Position numbers and translations under genes: made by a program
Shown here: positions 24,779 to 36,896 of the stretch, in pieces
Numbering within the stretch: the first letter of the stretch is position 1
Layout of the letters: every line of letters starts with the position of its first letter
The notes under the pieces: generated by a model
What the model was told of the DNA's origin: nothing
The model's database searches: none
The model's input: only the letters and a program-made list of their open reading frames with translations
Assembly (NCBI GenBank): GCA_008632985.1
Contig: QPGO01000194.1
Coordinates: 62,001-126,000, forward strand
From: Psammoneis japonica
Lineage: Eukaryota
Direction: 5' to 3'
DNA length: 64,000 nucleotides

Positions 24779-27501
24779 TGACAGACATCCGAGATGGGGA
24801 GTGCACTCCCTTGTGTCAGACAGACTGGCATGGACAGCATGGAGAGATCCGATGATCTCTCCTTTGCTCACTTTCTTTCTCATCTAGCACATGATTGTCA
24901 TCTGCCCTGGATGTCCGTTAGATTGTCCCGACACCGCCAGTCCGTGAGGTTGTGAGCAGCAGTGCGCTGTTCCTCTTCCTCTGTGCTCATCCACTGCAAT
25001 GCCTGTTGTGTGATTTGGTGACCTTTTCTTCGTTGAAATCGTTGTCATTGTCACAGCTGTTTTTTCACCTCTCGATTTGTGATCAAACGACCACCGCACA
25101 ACACATGCCAGAGCTCTGCACAGGAATTTGATTTTTTTCCCGCGCAACCATGGTGAACAAAAATCAAAACACCGTCGATTTGACCAAGATTGAGATGATG
25201 CAGGTTGAATTCAGCCCACATGATCACTCACCCGATGCCCGCACTTTCCTGAACACCCTTCATTCGGATGCGATCCCTGCTCCTGAAGACATTTTGGATG
25301 GATTCACCCCTCAAGGCCTCAAGAGCGACGCTCTTTCCATTCTCCGTCATGAGATCGTTCAGAATCTCATCATCCCTGAAGCCACCCTGACCAAAGATCT
25401 CACACGAATTGGACCGATCATTGAAAAGGCCCCTCTCTTTGTGGCCACTCCTCAAGGCTCCCCGGTTCATCTGAACCTCAGTGCTCTTCAGAACGCTGTG
25501 GTTGAAGCAATCACAGAGAACCACAGCACCATGAAGGTGTGTGTTGGCACTTCATGTTTCCATTTCAGTCCTGATTTCCAGCATTGTGATTGCTGGGATG
25601 ACATTTCAGATGATCCGCATCCAGTCCCATCATCTGCTTCAAGTTCTGCATCCCCACCGGTTGCTGCCACAGGTCCTGCTCCTGAAGACTTTGCTGAGGC
25701 CTTAGCAACTCATTTGCCTGGTCCAAACGAGCATGGGCAAGCTGTGGCTGATGGATTGAAGAGCATTTCGAGTTCTCATGCACATGCTGAGTCCAAGTTG
25801 TGCCCAGATCCTGCCTCTGCCACCACCAGCTACAACGCTGCTGTTGCATCTCGTGTTGAAGATGCGCTCACTGTGGACTCTCGGATGGACCCTGTGGATG
25901 ACAGTTCCTTGAACATCAAGTCCACTGTGTCTGTTGTGGAACCAGTGGGCAAGCCATCTACAGACATTGATGCTGGATCCCTCGAACTTCCCACCAAATC
26001 GATGGCACTTCCTGCCGATGTCCGCTCCTGCCTGCTTGAGACCCTGAAGTTTTTTGTTTCTGGCTGTTCTGCTGTTAGATGCTAAGATGGTCACACTCAC
26101 CTCAAGGATGGACTGCCCTCTCTTACCAAGGTTACACCCAAGCTGTTTGCCACCTGCGTGCCGCCGTCATCTGACACTTGCGGATGCTGCCAGTGCTCTG
26201 TTGGTTGTCAAGTTGATTCGCACTCAGATTTTTGGTTCGGCCATCGAAAATTTCAGACACACGATGCCGCCAATCCTTCCATTGTCCGAACAAGACCAAT
26301 GGAAGCAGGGCAGTTGTGAAAGAGGGCCACGGCGTCTTGCTGCCTTCTGCCACTCCGTCTCTTTCCTCCCTTGTCAGGACCATTGCCATGTCTAAAAGTG
26401 CTTTTCATGGAAGTGTGCAAGGTTGACAATCACACCAACTCTTCCAGCACATCGTCTCTTTCCTTCGCTGTCAAGACCGTTGTTGTGTCGAGCAGCATTT
26501 TTCCTGGTGCTCCCAACCTGTTGACCATCCCCAATGATGACCCTGCATTTGTTAATCAGGGGAGGGATTCCCACGACGCAGAGGAAGCACATCAGGCCAT
26601 TGAGAACCCAATCTTCCGCCAAGACACCTTGCTTGATGATCATTTTTTGAACGCCGTGCGATGCTCACCTCCAACACGTCACTGTTCTTCCAACGTTGAG
26701 CGACTTCATGATGCATTTTGTTTCTCCAATGTGTTTTTCAAGGGCAACACAAAGTGTGGCAGAAGTGTTGGTTTGCCAGGTGGGATGCCATTGCTTCATT
26801 TTCAACGTGTCACTCGCCATGGCGGACTTCCAATTTTTGGCTCCATCTCTTCCGATGATTTTTGGCGACAGGATGACTTGCCAGAATGTCCCATTGCGGT
26901 CAATTGTTTGTGGATTGACAAAATTTTTCTTTGGTGCACGACTCATTTTGTCCAAAAGATTTGTTGGGAACTGCCTTTGATGTTTTTTGTCAAGACTGAT
27001 GCGTTGAGCGCGGGATGGATGTTTTGTTCCCGACATGCTCGTCCCTTGATGGGACACTGCCGTTGATTGTTGTTGTGTTTGTGGACCAAGTCTTGGCCAT
27101 TTCTTTTGGTGCTCTTCTTTGTTCTGCTATTCTGGTCCTCTCTTTTTATTCAGATTCTCTCTTTCTTTCTTGTTGAGCATTGCATTGCTCATCAGGGGAG
27201 GGTGACAGACATCCGAGATGGGGAGCACACTCCCTTGTGTCGGACACACTGGCATGGACAGCATGGAGAGATCCGATGATCTCTCCTTTGCTCACTTTCT
27301 TTCTCATCCAGTGCACGATTGTCATCTGTCCTGGACATCTGTTAGATTGTCCCGATGCCGCTAGTCCGTAAAAGTCATCTCGCACTGTGTTTTTGATCTC
27401 GCATGTGCTGTGGTTCTTGCAAAGGAACTCCTCTTGGTTCAACCAAATTCACTTTTCCTTTGTCAGATCCACAGTCCGGATTGTTTGTCACCTGCTCAAC
27501 A
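24779..27501 (+). mobile_element. LTR element lacking recognisable pol (probably non-autonomous), single internal ORF
   Basis: 167-bp direct repeats at 24779-24945 and 27203-27369, each starting with TG. PPT atcaggggaggg lies immediately before the 3' copy. ggttgtgagc (PBS-like) follows the 5' copy. The 3' LTR probably ends tcaaca at 27501. Confidence 0.85.
25150..27066 (+). pseudogene. Internal ~640-codon ORF of the LTR element, broken by a stop and frameshifts; no recognised domain
   Basis: ORFs 25150..26085, 26054..26395 and 26371..27066 are collinear. The same frames are conserved in the copies at 5.5-6.2 kb and 6.3-10.6 kb. Confidence 0.65.
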
Positions 27502-28215
27502 GTGTGGTTTGAAGGAAGACAATGATTTGCAGATGCCTCTCAGCAAACATCGATTCTTTGGGTGAATTGCTTGGCACAGCCCAACACGGTGCCTGTTCGA
27601 AGCGAGGTCACAGCAGACAGGCCCAGGACTGGCAGCGTTGGGCTGCAGAGGAAGGAAAGATGCGCAACTGCTTGTCGTGCAACTGCTTGTTGCTGTAGAG
27701 AAGGGTGTGCGAGGCTGGCTTAAGATGTCGAAGAACGGGGAGAGCTCTGCTTCTCCATGTTGTTGGCATTGGGAGGTGGCAAAACACGAAACATTTGCTT
27801 CTTCTTTGCAGTGGCAAATCTTTTAATCTCAACAGGTTGTCACCTTCAAATGTTCTCATGCAGACCCTCTGGTGCAACAAAGGGACCCCATTTGAGTGAA
27901 TTTCTTGGTGCGTCGCAACAAGCACATTCGAGAAGGGCGCGCTGGAGGCAAGGCTTGGGAAAGCGCAGATCTTCATCAAAGACAAATGTGTCAACTGTGG
28001 ATGTGGATGCGACGCAGAACGATGTTCGATGCGACGTCGTGCCAGACAATTTGAAAATGCACCAACACACAAGACTTCTTGTTGTTGTTTGTGCACCAAA
28101 CCAAGTTTTGCCAACTGTGGTGCTCCTTCGCAAGATGTCGAGGACTGTTCGCTGTTGTGTTTTCCTCCGGAGGAGCCACCCCAACCCCAAACGCAGGTTC
28201 CACTTTTCGCGAGTG

Positions 28216-28218
<3 letters not shown>

Positions 28219-28250
<32 letters not shown>
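28219..28250. repeat. (CT)16 microsatellite
   Basis: Direct reading. Confidence 0.95.
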
Positions 28251-28251
<1 letters not shown>

Positions 28252-28449
28252 GCAGTGGCAATTAGAGTGCAGTTTCACCGCACAGTCGGAGCAGTCAAAC
28301 CCAGCTTGATGCCACCCGCAACAAAGCAAATGCCGGCAGCTAAAAATGGTGCAAACAGAGAAAAGCCCAGAGAGTGGAATCAACACACATGCCGGTGGAA
28401 CTAGTTCATGCAGTGCAATGCCAATGAGGCAGCATTTTCTAGTTCAGAA

Positions 28450-30090
28450 CACAATGTGTGTTCTCCACCCCAATCGTTTGTTTTGCTGTTTGGCTTCAGG
28501 CATGGATCTGTGAACGCTGGTTGTGTGATCTCCCAAACTCGGAGCAATGCCTTGTGTCTTGGAACGAATCCGCATGCACCCAGCCAACTTGCTGCCGTTG
28601 CCATTCTTCTTCTCGACCGAAACATTGACGAGGACATCATCATCAAAGACACTGCAAAAACAACAAAAGCATGCTTGCATTAGTTGACGGTTCAAGGACT
28701 GAGAAACTTGACTTGTGTCAGCAAACAGACATGATGCGCCAACGCGCTGAAGGTGCGCGTAAGGACTGATCCCACAGGGGCACGCTCTCATGCTTGCAAT
28801 GCAGTGCTAAATGCATCACAAGGCACCTCGGTGCCGACAGTTTCGCGAGAAGAAGTCATTGCTCATGCAAAAGCATGCTGCGCAGTGTCCAACACGAAAA
28901 CGGGAAACAACCAGAAAGCGCATTGAAAACAAGCAATGTCTTGCCTTCTTGCAAAGAGGTTGGCGGCAAGGAATCTTCCCGTTTCTGACGTGTCATCCAG
29001 ATTGAGGCAACGCATGTTGGTCGACTCGACAAATTGATTGAGAAAATCCAACAAGCTGGGAATCGAGGTTGAAAAGGCCGCCTTGTTTTCCCATTCAAAC
29101 TCGGCCCACATGGATCGTTGAAAGGCTTCGTCGGTGCAAGTTGTGGGGCAAATGTAATCCACAATGTCCATGTGAACATCATTGAGATTGATGCATCCCT
29201 TCTCTCCTGTCGCCGTGTCTTTGAAGACAATGACTCCAAAAATGTGCCCCGTCTCTGTGGAGGAGACCTTGATGGATGTGTGGACGGTGATCTGATCGAG
29301 AGGGCCAATGTTTTGAGATTGCGGGCGTTCAACAATCTTCATGCAACCCATGGTGGTGAGCTCCACCACCAAGTTGGCTAGTGTGTTGGGAGCACGATTG
29401 ATGACCAGAATCTCCAAGACAATGCCATGATCATGGACCATGGCAAAGGCCTCCACGTGAACATCATCTGCAAACCTGCTGAGTTGGTGCACATGATTCA
29501 GTTCAGAGCTGAGCAAATCGGCAGCACCGGCATGCCAAGTGGCACGTTCCAAATCATCTCCGTCGTCAAGGTTGACTCCACCACCCCAAACAGCCATGGA
29601 ATGCAACTGACGAAAGTGAGCCAAGTCGTCAGGCTGCGCCATGGCGAGTTTGCCTGCATCGTCCTCTCCGTTGGCCAAAGCTTCATTGGTTTCTTTGTCC
29701 TTGAGCGTGTCAAGAAACTGGCAAATGTTGCTTTGCCATCGTTGAAGAGAGTGTCCTTGAGCAAAACACATGCCTTGGAGCCCAACAGTGCAAGGCAGCA
29801 TGGTGCAGTGCATCGGACGTCATTTTCTTAATCACCAAATGCATCCAATTTCAGGCAAATCTGGGAAGTTAGAATGGTTCCCGAGAGTGCGTCACCACCA
29901 CCAACTGTCTTGCGCAAATTAGGAGCATCACCCGACTCGTCCGGACAAACAGCTTTGGAGCAGACTGTTTGGGTCGCATGAGTGCCGGCGGCCAACACAG
30001 CGTTCTTAGCAATCATTTTGGGAGGCTCTTCTTCTTCGTGATTCTCTTCCTTGGCGATCAAGAATGTGGTCGGACCTGGCTGACTTTGCA
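28450..30090 (-). pseudogene. COPB1: Hypermutated 3' part of coatomer subunit beta, intron retained
   Basis: QPDDLAHFRQL, VINR..TLANLVVELTTMG.MKIVERPQ, IKVSSTETGHIFG, MWAEFEWENK, STNMRCL, FLAANLFAR|SVF.DDVLVNVSVEK, RIRSKTQGIA.SLGD. Intron at 28652-28944. Confidence 0.95.
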
Positions 30091-30099
30091 TTTTGTGTC

Positions 30100-30620
30100 A
30101 TTCACTCGTGGCAGTGATGCGTGTTGTTGATGCAGATGTGGCACTTTCTTGCTTGTGGCGCTGTTGACCTGGAAGGACAATGCTTCTTGATTGCAGGTGT
30201 TCCTTGGACGGATGCAGCGTTCATGTGGTGGCTGCGCTGCAGACCGCAGACCCCAAAAAGGCACAGTTGGGCTGTCATGGCGAGAAAATTGCTGCGTTCT
30301 GGATTGATCTTCAGCGAATGAAATGAGCAGGAGCAAATGCCAGCTGGCTCAGAACCCAAGCAGTCAACAGTGCTCTGAGTTGGATCAGCGCCTTTTTGTT
30401 CAGAAATCCAAGCATCTCCTGACACCAAGCCACAGAGAAATGTTTGGGTTGGCGACTCCACAATGCAAGCCACTGAGCCTTGAGGGCCTTGCACCCCCTC
30501 ATCCCAGATCAGCTCAAAGTGCCCCCCCCCCCGCCCCTTGGCTGCAACAAGAGAACAAGGCTGGTCCATCCCTGCACTGGCACTGAAGAGCACCAATTTG
30601 ATCAACCACTGCCTGTGCGT
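30100..30620 (+). mobile_element. Possible older fragment of the CRE-like non-LTR element 3' end
   Basis: ccccctcatcccagatcagctc and ctggtccatccctgcac resemble 31865-31930. Confidence 0.35.
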
Positions 30621-30999
30621 GGTGATCAAATGTCAACCTGTTTTGTCAAGATGCCATCAATTCCACCCTGCCAAGTTGGTCAACACCCCCCCACCATGCA
30701 GAGTTCAAATTCCATCCATCAGTGCAGGCAAAAGTTGGTTCATTTGCACCTGAGATCACCACCTCTCATTCACATGACTGCATCAACTGCATGACACCCT
30801 CTGCTTTCATTGCATGCAACTGATTCCCAACACAAAAATGTTGGTGTCCTTGTTGAACATGTGTGATTCTGAACAGCTCTTTTTCATGATTTTTCTCACA
30901 CAGTGAGCAACCTCAAAAACCTCTCATTTCTGGACACACAACATTTTGGCAATGGACAAATCACCACAAAACAGGCTTCATTGCTTTGTTTTGATTGCC

Positions 31000-31960
31000 C
31001 CAGCCAAGGGCAGTGTGGTTCTCAAGGTGCTGGAATTGGGTGTCTTCAGAATGACAGCTCATTTTGTGCTGCTGGAAGGGGACCACACATGCTCCAAGCA
31101 TGATGGCTGGATGCAATTCTTGCGACAACTCTTGCCATGGTGGCAGGACACCTCCCATCACAGTGGAAGCAGTGCACACATGCTGTGCAAGGCACTTGAT
31201 GCTAAAATTTGTGCTGCAGTCTCAAGCAACAAAATCAAGTTAAACCTTTTTGAGCTTCACACAGAAGGCCAGCCAGTGCACAGCCAAAGCTGCAAAACCA
31301 CTCAAAGTCCTTGGCAAGCAGCAGTGGCTGGGCATTTGTGCAACTGGAGGTGCAGCAGGATCTGCACAGAACCAAAGAAGTCATTCTTGCAGAGCACTGG
31401 TGGCTGGCAGGAAGCCCAGGTGCCTCCAACAACTCACAAGGCACCACAACTTCCAACATGTCCCCAAGGATGGCAATCATCATGGAGATCTTCTGGCAAA
31501 AGGATTCTGGGACTGGAGAGCAGACGCCATCACAGATGTGTTTGCACTCTGGATGCAGAGATGCAAAGTCACACCCATCCAAGATGCCACCAGCCAGAAC
31601 AAGTTCTGGCAGACCGCAAATGACAGAAACAGTGCAAATGCCTCAAGCCCTGCCTTGAGCAACATCGCTGCTTCACTCCCTTTGTTGTGTCATGCGATGG
31701 GCTGCTCAACAATGAAGCCAAGGCAAGGCAGCGCTGCATGTGATCTCTTCCAAACCCAGCCGACAAATGGCAAAAGCCACGTTCAAAGGCATGTGGCTGC
31801 ATCAATGCAAGAATGAGCACTGCTGTGGTGCAGGCGACTCACCTTTGCCTCAGGGGATCATGCACCCCTTTGTCCCAGACCAGCTCCAGATGTGTCCCCA
31901 GTGGGAGGATGGCACTGGCCTGTCCCTGCACAAACACCAAATGACACCACTTGAGCCGGA
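31000..31960 (+). mobile_element. 3' end of a CRE-like non-LTR retrotransposon with restriction-like endonuclease
   Basis: HGDLLAKGFWD..ADAITDV, FTPFVVSCDGLLNNEAK and KWQKPRSKACGCINARMSTAVVQATHLCLRGS match the typical RLE C-terminus. Confidence 0.8.
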
Positions 31961-34953
31961 TCACCACTGCCAAGACCAAACATCAACTGCCGACTTGCAG
32001 ACCATTCCCACACATGGCCCAAAGACAGCCAAAACACCATCGCTGATGTGGCAATGGTGCCAGACCTCATTTGAATGTCTCTCACAGCACGCAGATGATG
32101 AAAAAGATGTGGCTGCGGTTGTGCTTTTGCCATGAAATGGGTGCAGCAGAAGATTCTTCATGAAGACTGTGGTCAGTGCAATGCATGCAATCACAATGGG
32201 GGCAACAGTGTTGACAAAGAGACAGACATTGGCAAGAGCGTGTTTCAATTCAACAAAGTTGGATTTGTGTGTGGTGAGCAAGGACATTGTGAGCTGGGCT
32301 CTGGAGCACAAATTTGCACTGAAAGAAGAAAAGGATTCAAGTTGTTGCATGTCACAAAAGAGGGTTGGTTCAAGTTCAATGATGAGAAGCTCATTTTGAA
32401 AGGAGAGTTGTTTCATTGTTGTGTCAGTTGTGCAATCATGAGGGCACATTGGATTTCAACAGGGGTGCACTGCTGTCATGCAAACAACGGATTGGCAGCT
32501 GAGTTGTGCAGTGCCAGATGCAACAAAAAGACAAATGCAGCAGAAACACAAAAAGGAAATGTGCAATGGGGAGCTGAGTTGAAGCTCTTCCAAACAAATG
32601 AGAGTCAACTGTGAGCAAGATGCCAAGCAACAAAACAAACACTGCAAATCCTTGACACTGGAAAAATCAATTGTTGTCCTTAAATGGCAACTTTGGCAAT
32701 GCCCAATTTGCAGCTGAAAATGAGCCAGTGTCAAAGCATTGTTCAGAATCACAGCTGCAGTGTGACAGCCTTGGCTGATTGCCTTGGCTGATTTTTGAAA
32801 AATTGTGACACTTCTTGTGGAGAGTGCAATCACAGTGTAAAAATTTTGATTCTTGTTGACAGATCAAGAGGGAGAACATGTGTTTGTGGACAGACATGCC
32901 AGCTGGGCAAACTCACATGTTCGGCCCAACAAACTTTTTGGTTTGTTCTGATCTGACATTTGGGCAAAAATCCCACTCATTCAGCAACACTCTTCTTGGA
33001 TTCTTTCCCAAAAAATGTCTGAATTCTGACAGGCAATCAGACTTGAATCTCTGGAGTCCCAGAAGTGCTGTCTTGCACTCATGGGGCCAACAAAATGTTG
33101 AGAATGGATGCAAATGCTGCAGCACAACCTTTTGGCACCCAGCAGGCATTGAGATGGGCAGCTGCATCTTGTCTAAAAGGTTTTGCTGCCCCCCAACATC
33201 TGAGCAGCTAAAACAAAAGTGCCCAGCCACCACAGACTGCTGGGGCACTTCAGCCGCAGTTTGTGGCAAACTCCTGACAAGGCACTCTTGTTGTTTTGGA
33301 GCAGAAAAGAGTCATGGCATTCTCCTGCACATGCTGTGCTTGGCAGCAAGCAACATGACAAAAGCCGTCAGAGCACTTCTTGTTGGAGCAGAAATTGATT
33401 TAAAAGAGCACAAAGCTGTGCTCAGAGCCTGAGCTGCAAAAATCAGCAGCAAGACTTCAAGGACAAGCTTCTGAGTGAGATCACCAAGCAGTCTCATGTG
33501 AGCAAAAGAGGGGGTGCCTGCACTGTTCTTGCCAGCAGGGGGCGAGTCAGGGGCAAACCACTCACCTGGCTGATTTTGCTCAAGAATGGACACCTTGACA
33601 AGAGTGACCTGGCTCTAATGTGGGCACATGTGTGAGCAGGGCAACCATGTTCCCAACAACATGTGCCGTTGCCAACTCAGAAACTGAGTCAAGAGAATGT
33701 TCCAACAGATTTGCCAGAAGCACTTGACATGGGCATGGGCGTGCCACTTTTGAACAATGATGCCATGAACTGCAAAGAGTGCATGATGTTGTGTTTGCTC
33801 TTCCTCCAGAGCTTTGACACCTCTGCTGCTGAAACTGCCACCTCCACAGAGGGAGTGCATTCACCTGGTCAACAAAGCTTTTTTGTGCACATCTTGAGAG
33901 ACACATGCACATGACCAAGCTGCAGCTCCACAAGTCCCACATTGCAGTGGACAGTGGGGTTAAGACAGAGCAGTTGGGACAGAGAGAAAAGGAAGACATG
34001 AGACACACAGGCTCATCTCTGGACTGCACCAGAGGTGAAGGCTGCATGAGAGGTTGGGATGTCAAGAAATTTGAGAATCCCACAGGCAACAAACAAAATC
34101 TTTCCCACTGCAGCACAAATTCACCTGCCATTGTCATCGATTGCGAAAGACATGGGATGTAAAACCAGGTTCATTGGCATTAAACATTTCGCATTGAATC
34201 ACTCTCCATTCAGAATGTGACATGTGTTCCCCACTCTAGATTTCTTCTTTTTCGCGGCCATGTGAACCGGTGCATGATCGGTGCAAGAAATGCTGTTATC
34301 TCGTGGAGAAAACTTGCTCACTGTTGTTTTCCCTTCATGGTCATCGATGTCCTTCTTTCTCTCTTCCCTTCTTTCCTCTCTCCTCTCCTCTCCTCTCCTC
34401 TCTCCCCCCCTGGTTTTCATGTATTTATTCATTTCGCCAATAACACAAGAAACTTGCGGGCAAGAGTGGCCTCTCGAACGCAATGCGGCAATCCATCTCT
34501 ACAAGAATGAGATTTTATAACCGACAACAATAACTCTAATAAAACCACCTTATCGCCCTATTCTTCGAAAGCAACACATTCATGGTTTGACAGAGCTAGC
34601 ACAATATGAAACTTGGTTGATAGCAAAGGGAGGTCTGAGTTCACCACGACAGCACACCATTGTGCGAAACCAGCACTGCGTTACATCACCAGCATACCAA
34701 TCAACACAACACTTCATTCTCACCCACACACTGTGAGCGGTTGGTGCATGGCACCCCTAAAAGGAAATGAACACATATTTTACACATAACATCGATCTCT
34801 GTCAAGAAGGTAAACAGAAAACACATCATCAATGAGTGAACAGAACGAAAAGAAAGAAGCAAATACTCGTGGATACCCTTCATTTGATGAAATGCTTTCA
34901 AGACTTACCTTGCGAAGCGGCCACTCGGCATCCAGCTACATCCATACCGAGGC

Positions 34954-35229
34954 CTATTCTTCGTTCTTGCTGTCTGCCGCGGCTTGCTCTTGCTTCTCTC
35001 CAGCCGGGTCTTCCGCCTTGTCGGCAGTATCTCTTGCTTCTGCGCGAGGCAGCAGAACAACTTGTCGAAGAGTTCTTTGCCTTTGGATTTGGCATCCTTC
35101 GCACCCTCCTTTCCTTTCGCCTCGGCATCAGCAACGGTGTCCTTTCCTTTCTCCTTCGCATCCTTTGCGGCATCCTTGACGTCCTCGGCGGCTTCTCGAC
35201 CGGGTTCGTGTTGGTTCTTCGGTGGCCAT
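34954..35229 (-). CDS. Small hydrophilic A/D/E/K-rich LEA-like protein (apparent frameshifts)
   Basis: MATEEP..EAAEDVKDAAKDAKEKGKDTVADAEAKGKEGAKDAKSKGKELFDKLFCCL..AEARDTADKAEDPAGEKQEQAAADSKNEE*, assembled across frames. Confidence 0.5.
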
Positions 35230-35737
35230 CGTTTAGCTTGGCTTACTCAGGGAAATTGGAAAATATGTTCTGTTACAACAGGGACTGAAGTCTTGGGAAA
35301 TGAGAACGTGACAGTGATACCTGATGATGGACGACTTGACACCCAATCAACTTCGTTTTGTTCTTCGAAAGCCTTTCTCGCGGGACTTCTTTGTGAGCGC
35401 GCGCGGGGCAATTAATGCTTTTCAAAGTCGACGAAATAGAGGAATCCGATAAATAAAATAATCGAGAGCATATATACAAAAATGTTTTTATCATATTGGG
35501 ATTGCTTTTACCAATAAAATTTTGCTAATTATGTCTTTGCATAAATTAATAGACGTTCAGACATGTGAGTTTGGTTTTGGTCCCGCCCGCCCGCCCGCCC
35601 GCCCGCCACCAGTCCCTCTGACGCAGACACGCACACAACGATTTCAGCAAAATAACATCAACATCAAGATCCAATCCAACCACCAACTGCAGCCAACATC
35701 AACACCTGACACTCCAGACTCAGCCACCGAAGTGCAA

Positions 35738-36343
35738 ATGATACGTACGCCATTCAAAGTCAGCTTCCTGTCTCTTTGGCTGCTTGTAGCAGCACTCGTT
35801 GTTTCATGTTCGTCAGCCTTTGCTCCGGTACGCTCCTCGAACTCGAACCTCGCACGGCTGGTCAATACACCTTTCCTTTTTCGTCAAGCAACACGGAGCT
35901 TTCTTTCGAATGAGGATGAATCAGAAACACCTGAGGAACAAAAGCCACCTCCCATTATTGAGACAGAACCCGTTTCCACGGGAACTGAGTACCCGATCGA
36001 TTTACCGTCACCAATTTTATTGGCGACTTCGATGATTTTGGCTATTGCGTCGACAGGTGAGTAGCGGGACGAGTGCTTTTCTAATTCAAGAGATTGCAAA
36101 GATGATTTTATCTTTTGCTGATTTTTCTGTGATCTTCCCTCATTGTTTGGTTTCGTTTATTAACAAAATAGGCTCGGTTTTTGAACTTGCTGGAGGCAAT
36201 CCTCAGTATGGCTTCGAAGTCACTGCATCCGTGGCTGCTATTGGAATTCCACTCTGCCTCTTTCTATTTTACGCTGCAATTCTGAAAGGTACGCAGAAAC
36301 AGAGGAGGACGATAAGGCCTTTACGAAAAGCGGAAAGTTCTAG
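35738..36343 (+). CDS. Plastid-targeted small membrane protein, 2 exons (intron 36057-36171)
   Basis: Signal peptide ending SSAFAP, GTGAG..ATAG intron in frame, two hydrophobic segments, and one frameshift near 36295. Confidence 0.8.
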
Positions 36344-36896
36344 ACAATGCGGAATAGTGTCTTTGAATTCGATTCTCGGCCATGTTGGATCCATTGCTGG
36401 AACCGCCGAATGCCGACTGAATGATATGACGGATGCCTACCGATACCTTTTGCCAATTGCTCTCGTCTGGTCATCATCATGTTAGCGCGGTCGTCGAAAT
36501 GCTTAATTTTAGTTCAGCAACGTTGACTCCTCACTCTTCAATTATTGGGAAAGTCTTGAGCTACCTCTCAACATACCGTAGTAGTAGCTGCAAAGGCCGT
36601 TAAATTTATACATTATGGTACGGCATGTTGAGTGTGATGCATTGGCGCATCTTTGTATTTTAAATTTTGTTTTCCGGTATGCGCATTGTGTGTTGTTCCG
36701 ATAAATCTGATCCGATGAATCTTGATGAATTTGTACATTTCGATTCTCTTTTCGCTTGCTGGTTCGAGGGTTTCGTTTCAATTTGTTTGTACATGAGGTG
36801 AAATTCCACCGTCTCTCCCCAGTCTATGTGTCTATTTACATTTTGTGAAGTTTGTCGCCATTATCAGATGTCCATTCGAATATCCATTTCGACACA

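Larger units (their letters stand above)
19720..34400. other. TpA- and CpG-depleted repeat block 2
   Basis: About four TA dinucleotides by eye in 19.8-22.3 kb. Tyr-poor ORFs. CpG is only partly lost in 24-30 kb. Confidence 0.9.

Noticed and set aside
24770..27510. Target-site duplication for the LTR element
   Set aside because: The flanks (gagtc vs gtgtg) do not match convincingly and the 3' end is uncertain.
28863..29813. Alternative genetic code or RNA editing restoring Tyr in the beta-COP ORF
   Set aside because: Neighbouring genes use TAY normally, and the copy is 5'-truncated, frameshifted and has other degenerative changes.
1..34400. Dense overlapping Cys/His-rich ORFs as novel metal-binding proteins
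   Set aside because: Artefact of TpA loss: TAA/TAG stops and Tyr codons are erased, which lengthens ORFs in all six frames.
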